A stretch of DNA of 64,000 bases, from contig OY969108.1 in assembly GCA_963697965.1 (NCBI GenBank), positions 34,455 to 98,454 of the forward strand, in the 5' to 3' direction. Below the pieces are notes generated by a model. The model worked only from the letters and a program-made list of their open reading frames with translations. It ran no database searches and was not told the origin of the DNA. A program made the position numbers and the translations under genes. Below are positions 62,358 to 64,000 of this stretch, piece after piece. This stretch comes from an uncultured delta proteobacterium. GTDB lineage: Bacteria; Desulfobacterota; Desulfobaccia; Desulfobaccales; 0-14-0-80-60-11. Positions within the stretch are counted from its first letter, which is position 1, and each line of letters begins with the position of its first letter.

Positions 62358-62903
62358 ATGGACGATTATAAAGAAAAATTTCGAGGCACCACAATTTTAA
62401 TGGTGCGCCGGGGGGACCAGGTGGCGGTGGCCGGCGACGGCCAGGTGAGCCTGGGAGAGATGATCATGAAGCAGCGGGCCAAAAAGGTGCGCCGTCTCTA
62501 CCACGGCAAGATCATCGCCGGCTTCGCCGGTTCGGTGGCCGACGCCCTCACCCTCTTCGAGCGCCTGGAGGCCAAGCTGGAAGCCCACCAGGGCAACCTC
62601 ACCCGGGCGGTGGTGGAGCTGGCCAAGGACTGGCGCACCGACCGCATCCTGAGGCGCCTGGAGGCGATGCTGCTCACCGTGGACTTGAGCGGGGCCTTTC
62701 TCATCTCCGGCACCGGCGACGTCATCGAGCCGGATGAAGGGGTGATGGGCATCGGCTCCGGCGGGGCCTACGCCCTGGCCGCGGCCCGGGCCCTGCTGGC
62801 CCATACCGATCTCGCCCCCGCGGCCATCTGCCGGGAGGCCATGGCGATCGCCGCCTCCCTGTGCGTTTATACCAATAACGAGATTGTGATTGAGGAGTTG
62901 TAA
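62358..62903 (+). CDS. hslV: ATP-dependent protease peptidase subunit
   Basis: GTTIL..AGDGQVS, GFAG and GSGG motifs. Confidence 0.95.
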   Translation: MDDYKEKFRGTTILMVRRGDQVAVAGDGQVSLGEMIMKQRAKKVRRLYHGKIIAGFAGSVADALTLFERLEAKLEAHQGNLTRAVVELAKDWRTDRILRRLEAMLLTVDLSGAFLISGTGDVIEPDEGVMGIGSGGAYALAAARALLAHTDLAPAAICREAMAIAASLCVYTNNEIVIEEL

Positions 62904-62998
62904 ATGGTGGGTAGTGCCCACCCTACATCTTAATTATTTGCTTTTTGGCTGAAAGCTGATTGCTGAAAGCTGACAGCTTCATAAAAGGACTTGTAAAT

Positions 62999-64000
<1,002 letters not shown>

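Overview
A GC-rich chromosomal window whose gene content (thrC, rpoZ, Geobacter-type sdhCAB, xerC-hslVU, many PAS/NtrC two-component systems, DUF3786, an archaemetzincin) suggests an anaerobic Desulfobacterota/deltaproteobacterium; this assignment is inferred, not verified. In order it contains: an AT-rich island with a Zn-ribbon DNA methyltransferase and a nuclease-like partner; thrC; a probable selenocysteine rhodanese lipoprotein (in-frame TGA); a dispersed ubiquitin-like set (Ubl ending GEKGG-RPGS, AAA ATPase, prokaryotic E2-D-like protein); a candidate lipid-signal module (V4R-GAF-PAS kinase, two NarL regulators, acyltransferase, enolase-family enzyme, FadL); a transcarboxylase-like/mdh/sdhCAB cluster; an NtrC system with a non-lipoylated GcvH-like gene and Sqr/DUF1641; a sigma-54-type kdpFABC operon with two unannotated small genes; and xerC-hslV-hslU. 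Intergenic DNA holds several REP/MITE-like repeat families. One copy of a composite repeat is split by about 1.5 kb of AT-rich cargo (a HEPN-like RNase gene plus a membrane protein gene), while empty copies occur elsewhere in the window. Four apparent frameshifts may be sequencing errors. No rRNA, tRNA or CRISPR array was recognised.
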